Assembly: GCF_009914755.1 (NCBI RefSeq)
Contig: NC_060933.1
Direction: 5' to 3' (one strand)
Source: the human T2T-CHM13v2.0 reference genome, Homo sapiens
Length of the DNA: 64,000 nt
The position numbers and the translations under genes were made by a program. How positions within the stretch are numbered: position 1 is the first letter of the stretch; every line of letters starts with the position of its first letter. Under the pieces are notes generated by a model, which saw only the letters and a program-made list of their open reading frames with translations, was not told the DNA's origin and ran no database searches. This document shows positions 19,200 through 33,189 of this stretch, one piece after another.

Positions 19200-19483
19200 A
19201 GAAGTTGGTTAATGGACACAAAAATACAGTTAGATGGAAGGAACAGAAAAATTTCTAGTGTTCAATAGCACAGTAGGGTGATGATCATTAACAATAACTT
19301 ATATATTTCAAAATGAGTAGAGGAAAGATGTGGAATGTTCTCAACACAAATAAATGATAAATGTTTGAGGTGATGGATATGCAAATTATCCTGATTTGAT
19401 CACTACACATTGTATGCATGTATCAAAATATCACATGTACCCTACAAATATGTATAATTGTCATGTATCAATAAAAATAAAAA
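19200..19483 (+). mobile_element. L1MA 3' end
   Basis: ggttaatgga...ttctagtgttcaatagcacagtaggg...atgtatcaataaaaa. Confidence 0.85.
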
Positions 19484-19716
19484 GGCCTATTTCTCTTTCC
19501 TTCCTCCCCGGATTCCCTCCTGTCCCAGATGTGTGTTGTTCCTGGTGCTCTCCTACCCCCCGTTCAGCCAGCACTGAGCCAGCAGGAAGGATCTCACAGG
19601 TCATATCCTGAGATCAACCCTCCACCACTTCAGGTAATAATCCTTCTGCTTTTAGTCATTTATATCCTTTGGTTCATACATATTTTGAGTCAAGTACCTT
19701 CTAACTACTGATCTAC

Positions 19717-20110
19717 ATAATATTCCTTGGTTTTTAAAGATAATACAAAGTGGATTTTAGTAACAATCTTGAGTCACCACAGAAGCTAATGAAGTTGGGG
19801 ATTCCACAAAGCCATCCAAGCATATAAAGCCCATTTCCTTGGGTCCCTTTTCCTTAGCTCAAGGCCACAAAAATCAGAACGTAAATTCCAGCCCACATTT
19901 GCATTATGTCTAAATAATTATGAGTTATAAATGAAGCTAACAAATAGTTAAATATGTTCTATTCTCCTATTTCGATAAATATACTGCCATAATAACCCAC
20001 AAGGTCAAAGTTGAGTGTAGAATTCTCTGATTTCTTGGTGCTCTGCACAGGAATGTGGTAGTAAAGGGAGAGCTGATCATCAGCCCCAGGCTAAACTTTT
20101 TTCTTTCATC
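19717..20110 (+). repeat. Donor copy of a local ~0.4-kb duplication
   Basis: near-identical to 22066-22480. Confidence 0.95.
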
Positions 20111-20479
20111 GTAGGTAGCCCTGTCCTCACTTGAGAAGCTTTGCATACCCTTGTGTGGGGAACTCCCTAGGCCCCATGCAAGCTCCATCCACAATTCTCA
20201 CCCCTTCAGAAAGCAGATCCTTGGGCACCATTTGGACAAGCACAGTTTGCACTTTGAAATGGACCCAGGGAAGAGGCCATGCAGGCTCAGGCACATTTCG
20301 CCAGGTCCCTGAGTGCCCAGCATGTGCCCTAGAAGAGAGGGTGAAGCTCTGAGTGGGCCAGGGTACAGTCAGTGGAGGGCCAGAGAGGCACCTTCTCAAG
20401 TGCAGGATTCAGGGCAGGGGTCCTCTTGCCCAGATCGATGGCTATGATTGCTTAGTGCAATGGCGCCTGCGTCATGTTT

Positions 20480-20918
20480 TCTCAGCTCACCTTTCATTCA
20501 GTCTCAGACACCGTGAGAAGTTCCATGGAAGCACAGGCTTCTCTTGTGCTGCCAGCAAACTCAAGGTACACTTTCTGCCCTAGGGAATCTCCATTATTGT
20601 ACGATTTTGCCTGAGCACAAATACAGCCCAGAAACACTTGCAGGTTAACAGCCTCAGGGGAAGACCTCAACCAGTGTGGGACAGGTGGACAAATGCTCCA
20701 GGCTCATGTTTCAGGTGGGCATTTCTGGATAACTTTCCGGAGCCTCTCGGAAGGTCCTGCAGAAAAAACTGCATGGCAGGAGCCTCAATAGCATGCCATT
20801 ATTTTGGCTTTTCTTTCTTGCCTGGCTCACTCTTCCCACTTCTGACTCTTGCTTCTTGGAATCACTTTCCAAATAAACCACCCACACCGAAGTCCTTACT
20901 CCAGCTCTGCTTCTAGGG
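20480..20918 (+). mobile_element. LTR16-type (ERVL) LTR
   Basis: acctcaaccagtg...ggacaaatgctcc...aaataaaccacccacacc...gctctgcttctaggga. Confidence 0.65.
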
Positions 20919-21057
20919 ATACAGGCACACCTTGGAGATATTGCAGGTTTGGTTCTAGGTAACACAATAAGGTGAATGTCACAACAGCGCAAGTCACACG
21001 AAATTTTTTGCAAGTCACACGATATTTTTTGCTTTCTGGTGCATATAAATGTTATGT

Positions 21058-21439
<382 letters not shown>

Positions 21440-21846
21440 CTAACCATCATCTGGGCCTTCAGTAAGTCATCATCATTTTGCTGCTGGATGGTCTTGTCTC
21501 AATGTTGATAGCTAGTGACTGATCGAGGTGGTGGTTGCTGAGGGCTGGAGAGGGAGTGGCAATTTCTTAAAATAAGATGACAATGAAGTTTACTGCATTG
21601 ACTGACTCTTCCTTTCACAAAAGATTTCACTGTAGCATGCTATGCAGTTTGGTAGCATTCTACCTACAGTAGAATTTATATCAAAATTGGAACCAATTCT
21701 CTCAAACCCTGCCACTCTTTTATCAACTAAGTTTATGGGATATTCTAAGTCCTTTGTTGTTCTTTCCACAATGTTCACAGCATTTTCACCAGGAGTAGAT
21801 TCCATCGCAAGAAACCACTTTCTTTCCTCATTCATAACAAGCAACA

Positions 21847-22058
21847 ATAATATAGTATTTTATATATGTTATATATGTATTATTATATAATATAAATTAT
21901 ATATTATATAACATTATATAATAATATATAATATTATATATTGTATATTATTATATTAATTATATTATATAATATTATATATTGTATATTATTATATTAA
22001 TTATATTATATTATATATTTTATCATAATATAATATGTATTATAATATATATTATATA
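21847..22058. repeat. AT-rich (TA)-like low-complexity tract with a 41-bp tandem duplication
   Basis: 21930-21970 repeated at 21971-22011. Confidence 0.9.
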
Positions 22059-22065
22059 AGCAGAA

Positions 22066-22480
22066 ATGATATCCCTTGGTTTTTAAAGATAATACAAAGT
22101 GGATTTTAGTAACAATCTTGAGTTGTCACAGAAGCTAAGGAAGTTGGGGATTCCATGAAGCCATCCAAGCATATAAAGCCCATTTCCCTGGGTCCCTTTT
22201 CCTTAGCTCAAGGCCACAAAAAATCAGAACATGAATTCCAGCCCACATTTGCATTACGTCTAAATAATTATGAGTTATAAATGAAGCTAACAAATAGTTA
22301 AATATGTTCTATTCTCCTACTTTGATAAATATTCACAGTATATTATGATAAATATATTGCCATAATAACCCACAAGGTCAAAGTCGAGTGTAGAATTCTC
22401 TGATTCCTTGGTGTGCTGCACGTGAATGTCGTAGTAAAGGGAGAGCCGATCCTGAGCCCCAGACTGAACTTTTTTCCATC
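22066..22480 (+). repeat. Second copy of 19717-20110, inside Tigger1
   Basis: direct visual alignment, ~90-93% identity by manual count, plus a 23-bp insert. Confidence 0.95.
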
Positions 22481-22516
22481 TAATTCCATTTATTTCCATT
22501 AAGATTGCAGCAATTT

Positions 22517-22815
<299 letters not shown>

Positions 22816-23499
22816 AAGATTGCAGCAATTCACTCACATCTTCAGGCTCCACTTGTAATTCTAGTTTTCTTGCTATCTTCACCACAACTGTGGTTACTTC
22901 CTCTGCTAAGGTCGTGAACCCCTCAAAGTCATTTATGAGGGTCAGAATCAACTTCTTCCAGACTCCTATTAATGCTGCTATTTTTACCTCCTCTGGTGAA
23001 TCATGAATGTCCTTAGTGGCATCTATCATAGTGAATCCTTTCCAGAAGGTTCCGAATTGACTTTGCCCAGATCCATCAAAGGAATCATGACCTGTGGCAG
23101 TAACAGCCTTATGAAATATATTTCTCAAATAATAAGACTTGAAAGTCAAAATGATGCCTCAATCCATGGACTACAGAATAGATGTTGTGTTGGCAGGCAT
23201 GAAACCAGCATGCATTTCCCTGTACATCTCCATTAGAGCTTTTTAGTCACCAGGTACACTGTCAAAAAGCTGAAGTATTTGAAATCAATCTTTTTTTCTG
23301 AGCTGTAGGTCTCAACAGTGGGATTAAAATACTCAGTAACCCATGCAGTAGACAGCTCTGATATCATCCAAGTGTTGTTGTTCCATTTATAGAGCTTGGG
23401 TAGTGTAGATTTAGCATAATTCTTAAGAGGTGCCCTAGGATTTATGGAATAGCAAATGAGCATTGGCTTGTAACAAGAAAGTCAGCCTGTCCTTTAAAT

Positions 23500-23806
23500 C
23501 TTTTTCTTTTTCTTGATATAAGGTCTCACTCCATTACCCAGGCTGGACTGCAGTGGCATGATCTTGGCCCACTCCATACTTGACCTCCTTGGCCCCACAA
23601 TCCTCCCACCTCAGCCTCCTGAGTAGCTGGGACTAGTAGCATGCACCACCATACATGGCTTATTTTTATTTATTTATTTATTTATTGTTAGAGACAGGGT
23701 TTCACCATGTTGCCCAGGCTGGTCTGAAGCTCCTAAGCTCAAGCCATTCCCCCACTTCAGCCTCACAGAGTGCTGGGATTACAGGCGTGATCCACCCTGT
23801 CTGGCC
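23500..23806 (-). mobile_element. Alu (AluJ-like)
   Basis: Alu reverse complement. Confidence 0.9.
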
Positions 23807-24265
23807 TCTAAATTCGTGTTATGGAGACTCATTTTCATGGTTAAAATGTCCTGAATTGACTGTGGCCTGTTGGGAGGCGGGATGGAGGAAACTACTTATG
23901 GAAAATGAAGAAGAAAGGGAAGCACACCAGAAGCAAGAAAGTGTCATCAATTTTTACATCAAGGACTCCATGATAAAGAGAAAGTACAGGTGGCCTGTTA
24001 TCAAGGCTGACCATTGGACTGTGGACTGCACCTGCATCTACCAGGTTCTTCTGGATAGTCCCAGTTTTAAATTTTTGACCTGACATTCATGAACACAGTG
24101 CTACTGGTCAGACCTTTGTCCAGGTTTAAGCTTCAGAACATAATGTCTTCATGCAGTGGGAGGCCTGATTATGGTTATGATTCTGCCCTGGGACATCTGC
24201 CCCTTCTTACCTGGAGGTAAACTTGGCATCTACTACTTACCTCTACACTTGAACAGCCAAGGATG

Positions 24266-24402
24266 GACTGAGCACAGAGGCTCACATCTGTAACTCCAGC
24301 ACTTTGGGAGGCCAAGGCAGGAGGATCGCTTAAGGCCAGGAGTTCAAGACCAGCCTGGTCAATATAGTGAGACCTCGTCTCTGTAAAAACAAACAAACAA
24401 AA
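24266..24402 (+). mobile_element. Alu monomer (FLAM/left arm)
   Basis: left arm only with A-rich end. Confidence 0.85.
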
Positions 24403-24434
24403 CCGAGGATGGGTGGGTGACAGGGAGCAGTTCA

Positions 24435-24919
<485 letters not shown>

Positions 24920-25192
24920 AATAATGTTTTCTACAAGCAAGGAGTTACTTTGTACTGTGAACTGGTGTGAAGGGATCTGCCATGTGTAAGCTTTTGGATT
25001 GATGACAGTTATTTCTAATTTTAAAAATAGCAACCCAACAGAAAATTGGGAAAATGCATTAATAGGGATTTCACAAAAGAGAAAGCCTGCAAAACATAAA
25101 AATTTTCTCAACCTCATTAGTAATCAGGGAAATGCACAAGATACTACACATCTATTCTCTCCACAAATATTAAGAAGTTTGACAATACAAAA

Positions 25193-27487
25193 TGTATTAG
25201 TCCATATTCACACTGCTGATAAAGACATAACCGAGACAGGGAAGAAAAAGAGGCTTAATTGCATTAAGGGTTCCACATGGCTGAGGAGGCCTCAGAGTTA
25301 TGGTGGTGGATGAACAGCACTTCTTACATGGCAGTGGCAAGAGAATATGAGAAGGAGGCAAAAGAAGCAAAAGACAAAACCACTGATAAACCCATCAGAT
25401 CTTGTGAGATTTATTCACTATCACGAGAATAGCATGGGAAAGACCAACTACCTCCCCCGGTTCCCTCCCCGAACACATGGGAATCCTGAGCAATACAATT
25501 GAAGTTGAGATGTGGGTAGGGACATAGTCAAACCATATTATTTTGCTCCTGGCCCCTCCAAATCTCATGTCCTCACACTTCAAAACTGATCATGCCTTCC
25601 CAACAGTCCCCCAAAGTCTTAACTAATTTCAGTATTAACCCAAATGTCCACTGTCCAAAGTCTCATCTGAGACAAGGCAAGTCTCTTCTGCCTATGACCC
25701 TGTAAAATCCAAATCAAGCTAGTTACTTCCTAGATACAATGGGGGTACAGGTCATTGAGTAAATACAGCCGTTCCAAATGGGAGAAATTTGCCAAAACAA
25801 AGGGGTTACAGGCCCCATGCAAGTCCAAAATCCAGCAAGGTAGTCAAATTTTAAAGTTCCGAAATGATCTCCTTTGACTCCATGTTTCACATCAAGGTCA
25901 TGCTGATCCAAGAGGTGGGCTCCCACAGCCTTGGGCAGTTCTGCCCCTGTGGCTTTGCAGGGTATAGCCCACCTCGTGGCTGTTTTCATGGGCTGACGTT
26001 GAGTGTCCACAGCTTTTCCAGGCTCATGGTGCAAGCTGTCAGTGAATCTACCATTCTGGGGTCTGGAGGAGAGTGGCCCTCTCCTCACAGCTCCACTAGG
26101 AAGTGCCCCAGTAAGGACTCTGTATAGGGGCTCTGACCCCACATTTCTCTTCTGCACAGCCCTAGCAGAGGTTCTCCATCAGAGCACCACCCCTGCAGCA
26201 AACTTCTGCTTGGACATCCAGGTGTTTTCAAACATCCTCTGAAATCTAGGTGGAGGTTTCCAAACTTCAGTTCTTGACTTCTATGCATGTGCAGGCTGAA
26301 CACAACATGGAAGCTGCCAAGGCTTGGTGCTTGCACTCTCAAGGCCATGGCCTGAGTTCTATGTTTTCCTCTTTCAGCCATGGTTGGAGGGGCTGAAACG
26401 CAGAGAAACAAGGCCCTAGGCTACACACAGCACAGTCAACCTGGCCCAGCACAGAAATCCATTTTATCCTCCTAGGTCCCAGGCTTGTGATGGGAGGGGC
26501 TGCTGTGATGACCTATGTCATGTCCTGTAGACATTTTCCCCATTGTTTTTGGGATTAACATTCAGCTTCTTGTTACTTATGCAAATTTCTGCAGACAGCT
26601 TGAATTTATCCTCAGAAAATGGGATTTTCTTCTCTATCACATTGTCAGGCTGCAAATTTTCCAAAACTGTATGCTCTGCTTCCTTTATAAAACCAAAGGC
26701 CTTTAACATCACCCAAGTCACCTCTTGAATGCTTTACTGCTTAGAAATTTCTTCCAGCAGATACCCTAAATTATCACTCTCAAGTTCAAAGTTCTACAAA
26801 TCTCTAGGACAGGGGCAAAATGCTGCCATTCTCTTTGCTAAAACATAACGAGAGTTACCTTTGCTCCAGTTCACAACAAGTTCCTCATCTCCATCTGAGA
26901 CCACCTCTGCCTGGACCTTATTGTTCAAAACACTATCAGCATTTTTGTCAAAGTCATTCAGCAAGTCTCTAGGAGGTTCCAAATTTTCCCACATTTTCCA
27001 GTGTTCTTCTGAGCCCTCCAAACTGTTCCAACCTCTGCCTGTTACCAAGTTTCAAAGTTGCTTGCACATTTTTGGGTATCTTTTCAGGAGCACCCCACTC
27101 CACTGGTATCAATTTACTGTATTAGTCTGTTTTCACACTGCTGATAAAGACATACCCAAGTCTGAGAAGAAAAAGAGGTGTAAAGAAAAAGAACTGTAAT
27201 TGGATTTACAGTCCCACATGGTGGGGGAGGCCTCAGAGTCATGGCAGGAGGTAAAAGGCACTTCTTACATGGCAGCAGCAAGAGAAAATGAGGAGGAAGC
27301 CAAAGCAGAAACTCCTGATAAACCCATCAGATCTCATGAGACTTATTCACTATCATGAGAATAGCACAGGAAAGACTGGCCTCCGTGATTCAATTACCTC
27401 ACCCTGGGTCCCTTCCATAACATGTGGGAATTCTGGGAGATAGAATTCAAGCTGCGATTTGGGTGTGGACACAGCCAAACCATATCA
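25193..27487 (-). mobile_element. Full THE1 (probably THE1C) MaLR provirus: LTR 25193-25540, internal 25541-27117, LTR 27118-27487
   Basis: two similar LTRs tgtattagtc...ccatat(c/t)a; internal ORF remnants (RNVGSEPLYRVLTGALPSGAVRRGP); inserted in an old L1 (25010-25192 and 27488-27900). Confidence 0.92.
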
Positions 27488-28186
27488 CCATATATGGAGA
27501 GACTGTGGATCAACAAGATCATCTCGAACTAATACAGGAGGTGAGCGTTTAAATTAGAACAACCACTTTGGAAAGCAATTTGGATTATCTTATAAATTTG
27601 AGCATTCTCATATGTTATGGCAAAGTAATTTCTCTACCATAGGCCCTGGAGAAACTCTTGCCCATATGTACAAGATGTAGTAAAAAAAAAAAAAAATGCT
27701 CACGTAATGCCATTCATAATAGGAAAAATCTGGAAATAAGCCAAATGTTCATTAATAGGAGAATGGGTAAATTAATAGGAGAATGGGTAAATAAATTATA
27801 CCCTTAAAAACTAAGTAACATGTCATTTAGGGTAATCATATGTATGCAATAAAACAATGTGTTTTTTTTAAAGGAAGAGAATCCTAAACATAAATTCAGG
27901 GTAATAGTTACTCTCGGGCTGAAGGGTGAAAATCAGGAAAAAGGACAGAGGAGGAGCAGATGTTAGGGTCAGAACCCTAGTTCTTTGGTTGTGTTGTAAG
28001 TTGACAAGTGATTACCATATTGTTCAAATACATTTACACAGAGGCCCAGGCACAGACAAGGGTGAAATAGGAGCCAAGGTGTACTATGAGCCAAGGATTA
28101 TGATTAATCCAATTTTGTGCACTTAAGCCATTTGAAAAACAGAAAAGCAAAACAACAAAATAATTTTTAAGAAATTGAATATAGGG

Positions 28187-28572
28187 TGCTATGCTCTGAA
28201 TGTGTCCCCCTAAAATTAATCACAAATGTCATAGGATTAGGAAGTAGGGCTTTTAGGTAGTGATTCAGTCATGAAGGGAGAGTCTTCACAAATGGGTGTA
28301 GGATCCTTACACAAGGACTGGAGGGAGTGGGCTTCCCCTGTTTTACCCTTCCGCCTTCTGCCATGTGAGGACACAGTGCCTCTCCTCCTGAAGACACAGT
28401 GCACAAGGTACCATCTTGGATGCAGAGACCAGGCCCTCACCAGACACCAATCCTGCTGGCACCTTGATCTTGGACTTCTAGCCTATGGAACTGTGAGAAA
28501 TACATTTCTGTTCTTCAGAAATTACCCAGCCTAGTGTATTTTCTTATATAGAAGCACAAACTCATTAAGGCA
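28187..28572 (+). mobile_element. MaLR solo LTR (MST/MLT1A-type)
   Basis: tgctatgctctgaatgtgtcccc...ccttgatcttggacttc...aactgtgagaaatacatttctg...taaggca. Confidence 0.85.
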
Positions 28573-28724
28573 CAATGCCTCTTGTCATTTTCTTCTACAA
28601 TTTTCTTTGTGGCCTCTTTAGCACTGGGTCATTTTATATTTGCTCCTTCATAATATCTCTTACTTTCGGTTTTTCACATTTCTGTTCCAAGTGTATTCTT
28701 AGATACATATTTTCCACTATTAGT

Positions 28725-30900
28725 TAACCTCAGGGGTTGCCTGGGAATGTGTGTTTCTGTGCCACCACTGTAGGACTGTGTGTGTGTGTGTGTCTCCCAT
28801 TCTCTCTTCTCTCTCTGTCTCTCACCCTCTGTGTGTTTCTTTCCCTCTCTCTGTTGGTCTGTGTGTGTGTGTGTGTGTTTGTGTGTGCATGTCTGTGTGT
28901 GTGTGTGTCTTTGGACGAATGTGCTCTGTTTGCCAAAATGCGATTTTTTGCATGTCGGCCAGTCTTTGTTGAGCCTCTTTCTGTGTCTCTGTCTGGGTCC
29001 CGTGGCCGGTTGTCCATCGTTTTCACGGCGGTTCCACTTTGGGTTTGTGAAGTCCTCGATCACGTGAGGAGATGCGTCGGTCCCGGAGCAATCGAAGTCT
29101 CATCCCCATCCTGAGCGGCCTCTTTTCTAGGATCAAGAGGACCACACTCCAACCCAGGACAAAACCCCACAGCAGCTCATTGTCCGGCAGGAGAGGAGCA
29201 GACACACCTCCAAGAAGATGGTTGTACCCCTGCACGGCTCTTCTCTGAGCAATGAAGCCACACCACGATACAATTCTGAAGAGGAAGCCGGGAATGGGAG
29301 ACGGCAACAATCCCTGTCCCTGGAATGCTGGCCTCTCTGGACAAGTCATGCGTTTCGCACCCCTCCCCTTATGCCTGTGGCGGTGGCAAGGTTCTGTAAC
29401 CTGCCTGGGCTCTGGCCTGTGCTCTGTCCTCCCTCTTGCTCTGTCTCCCCTGTTTCTGAGGGGCCTAGTTGCCTCTTGATCTGGCTGAATAAATTCTACG
29501 AAGATCGCTTCCCAGTCCATCAGGGAGACACTTTCTGGAGATCCGCGACATGACTCTTTCTCTCTCCAAACCTGTTTCTGCTGGATTGGGCAGGTCTGAT
29601 AAGCCTGGAACACTTGGCTTCCATGCGTGTCTCAGACAGGGAAGCTTCTTTGGTCTCCTTGTTTCACCTCATCGGTGGGTGGATTGCCTAGAATGAGCGC
29701 TAGGTGATCATGACTGGCCTTGTCTTCTAAGACAGGTGGTGTCCCATTTCCTTTGCACGTCCTGTCTCACAAATGAGGGATATCCTCTCCTCTGCTCATA
29801 GGTGGACTGATTCCCTGAATCTTTTGTCTGTAACGAATGTCAGGAAACCAAAGGAACTGGGCTGGGCCTGGGGATGGGGTTGGGGCCGGTTGCAGGGAAG
29901 TTGCGTCAGGGCTACCTGGGCGGTGGAGGCTTCGGGGTAGGGTGAATGTTGCAGAAACCTCTGTGCTCCTCTGGCAGGCATTTCAAAATGTGGCTTGGAC
30001 TGAGGCAAAGGCCCCGTCCAGGTTCCCAGGTCTTCTTTGAGTTCCCTTGGCACTCAGGGAAAGGCCACTTGTTCCCCCTTTCCACCGGGCACATGCCTGG
30101 ACACCATTGTTGGTTTTGCCATCACCCCATATGCCTCCGGTGACACACATTCACACCATCTGCTGTGGGATACGCCAGTGCCACGCGTGATCGCATTGTC
30201 TCCACCTCGGCTTCGCACCATCCCTGTTTGCACCTGTCCTGGAAAGCGGTGTCCGCTTGCAGGAGCCCCAGGGCTTTTAGAAGTGGGGCACGCCACTGCT
30301 CTTTCAACGGAGGAGGGAGGCAGAGGGCTCACAGATCAGTGAACTTTCAGCTGACACCACGCCTTGAGGGCCATGGGATCATTCTGTGCTGCAGCGACGA
30401 CCTGCCTGCCTCACCAGATGTGCTGAGCCCATCCTTTCTAACCCGGAGGGGTCAAAACTAGGATCTGAAGAGGAGTCCTGAGAACCCAGCAGGCACCCTG
30501 AAGATCCCCCTCCATCGGCGGAAGTCGGCTCAAGGATGTCTTGAAGATTGGACTCCTGGGGGTTTGGCCCTGGGACAGGATACTCAAGGACTCCTCTCCC
30601 ACCCCGCCCCAAACTGGACCTCAGCCCCCACGCCACAGCCCCCACTTTCTCCCCAGAGCTGAGGGACAGACAGAGAATTGCGACTAGAAATTCGATCGAT
30701 TGGTACGAGGGAACACGTGGCCAGGGGCTGGCCAATGACCAGGCCGCCCGGGATGAGCTAATAATGGAAGCAATTTGTAACTTTCAGTAGCTCTCTAGGC
30801 CTGGGTACCGGAGGGAGGGAGGCGGGCAGAGGAGGGGAGATGGGCACCCCCAGTCTTTCCATCCTCCTCATTCGTCTAGGGGCACCCGAATCCCCTATTC
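28725..30900. repeat. Single SST1/NBL2 (MER22) macrosatellite-like monomer
   Basis: (TG)n/(CT)n-rich block 28745-28910 then a CpG-containing body; 29949-29967 and 30151-30170 closely match the NBL2 PCR primer sequences as I recall them (needs confirmation). Confidence 0.8.
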
Positions 30901-30981
30901 CTTATTTCCCCTATCACTCAGGCACTGGCAGGGTCCTTTGCCCACTCCTGTTGGCCGCTGCGGCTCCAAAGCGAGGTAAGC
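30600..30981 (+). promoter_or_regulatory. Candidate promoter/first exon at SST1 end
   Basis: GC box 30602-30610, ATTGG 30699-30703, CACGTG 30714-30719, CCAAT 30732-30736, G-rich tract 30809-30838, donor GAG|GTAAGC at 30975/30976. Confidence 0.4.
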
Positions 30982-32394
30982 TGGTCCTCTACCCCTCAAA
31001 CTCTTCACAACCCTCATCCCGTTTACTAGCACCTGCAAACCACAGCCTCCCTTCTTGTCCCATTAGTGAATTTAAATCGGATTTTGTTTTTCCTCTTAGT
31101 TGAAAGAAAAATAATCTTTTTGTATTCTTTTGCGTAACCTATCTCGGATTTGGAGAAAATTTTAATTCAAATTAATACGCTTATATTGGGGGGGTGAGTG
31201 GTACTTTCCTCCTTTTCAATAAATTTCTATACTTGCTACTTTATGGAGAGTTTACTTTTCTTTGGGGATGAGTTACACCTTATGTTTTCACATGTGTTAC
31301 TTCTTTAATGATAAGTTCAACTCTTTTCTCCATTCCATCTTCCAATTTTGCTATTTATAAATATCACCTAATGGATTTAGAGTTTATTCATTTTTCTCCT
31401 CCCTCACTAGTTTTTCAGCTGTTACAGAATCACCACAATTTATTTTTCTCTGTATGTGGATGAGGTTTTGTGTTGATTCCTATTTTGTTTTGTAAATGAA
31501 TTTATTGTTTGGGAAACTCTTGGGGGATGTGTGTGTAACAAAGGTCTCTTGATTAATTCCAACCTCTCCTCTTCTGAAGAACAATTTGCTTGAAATGTTT
31601 TGAGTATTTTCCTCATTTTTATTATGTCTAAATTTGAGGTATTTTACCTTCTTTAAAACCTGGCCTCTTTTTAAAATTTAACCTTTTGCATGTTAAACCA
31701 TTTTTAAGGTTTTTATTTTATAAACTGCAATGATTAGTAGATTTACTTGCCTTTCCCTGACCTCCTTCACACGCCTGCCTCCTCCATCTCAAAACTCCCA
31801 TCCCCAGCTTCCACAATTCTCAGCTTCCAATGGACTCATCCTCCCCTCTCCTCCCAGCCAAGGAGGGATGCCTGGGAAGTAGACAGTGTCCTTCTTGGGT
31901 CAGAACCTATGCTCTGGTTCTAGTTCAGGACACCTCCAGTCTGACCTCCAAGCCGGCAAAACGAGTGAGAGAAGAATTTCTGCTCAACTTTTTCATTTGG
32001 GACTAAGTTCTTTCCACTTGGCTGTATTCTGGAGAACTCTGATACATGAAATTGAATTTTAAATTCTCATTTTTTCCCTAAATTCTAAGAAAAGTGCAGG
32101 CAGATTGTTTTTCTTCCTTAAATGTAAGCTGTTAGCTTAGGGGTCAGCCCTTTGGGTCTTTTATCTCCTGAGGGAGACTTCTCAGAGAGACACACAGTGT
32201 TGATTCTTCCTTTTAGTTTTGGGTAAGGTAGAAGGGGCAGGGACTGGGGAAGCCCATATTGATCTCTGGCTCTAGCTCTGAACAAAGAAGGGTAGAGAGC
32301 TGGCCTGGGGACTTGTCCCTTTGGTCAGTAAGGTTTGGCTTAGGAGAGAGTTTGAAGTAAATCCCAGCTCTGAGGAAATTCTTCTTTTTAGCAT

Positions 32395-32750
32395 TACTGT
32401 GAAAATAAACTCTTAAAATGGTGTGACATGGCGTCAAACTATTCAGATTCCTTGAAGTAACAAAAATAAACTTACAAGAGTAATTTATGTTTCCCAAAGA
32501 TCCGCCTCCAGTGACTGTCCATTTCTCTCAGGGAAACAGAACCCAACTGGGCAGAAGTAAAACTGCCACCCCTCCCCTTTCAGTTCCCCAGTCACATTGA
32601 CATTCTGGGCACATTTGGCCCAGCCCTCATCCCTGCTTCTCCCAAGTATGAATCTAAATTACTATTAATAAGGGGCCGCTCCAAGTTAATTGGCATTAAA
32701 AGAATTCATTTCAATTTGTTAATATTAAATGAATGCTCTGCACTTTAGCT
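32395..32750. promoter_or_regulatory. Candidate conserved non-coding element/enhancer
   Basis: non-repetitive AT-rich block with AAATAAAC x2 and many TAAT/ATTA cores. Confidence 0.4.
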
Positions 32751-33189
32751 CCCTTCTTCGCCCTGGATTCCCAGATGAGTGATGGGAAGAAGGGGCAGGG
32801 AAGTAGAATGAGGATTTTATTTCTGGCTCTCCAGCTTAGCCACTGTGGTGCCTCCCCTGGGGGTGTGCAATCAGGCACAGTGGGGGCCTGCTTGGGGAAG
32901 GTCTGATGGTCTTTTTTGGTGAAATTCATCTGTTTTAGCAGGAGTTGTGGGGGAGGGTGGGTGGGGAGCAGAGGGAGAGGGACAGAATGGTTTGGGGGAC
33001 TTTGTGGGGAGCAGAGGGTCTAGGGAGAAAGTGGGAAGGGAAAGGGACGGAGGTCAACAGGAGTTTTGGAGAACAAGGGTTGTAGGCTGTGGGGGGTAAA
33101 GCCGATTTGTGAAGAACTGGTGATAGGAACTAAAACAACCCACCTAGAAGGGGAGGGGCTTTGAGCAGGGGTGGGGAGGTGGGATTTGA

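Noticed and set aside
23655-24083. 142-aa ORF with charged C-terminal part
   Set aside because: Starts inside an Alu; the remainder matches no protein I recognise and has no clear splice sites
25723-27048. Minus-strand ORFs of 67-144 aa
   Set aside because: Decayed THE1 internal ORF
29023-29613. 196-aa and 111-aa ORFs in the SST1-like unit
   Set aside because: Within satellite-like sequence; no recognisable protein family
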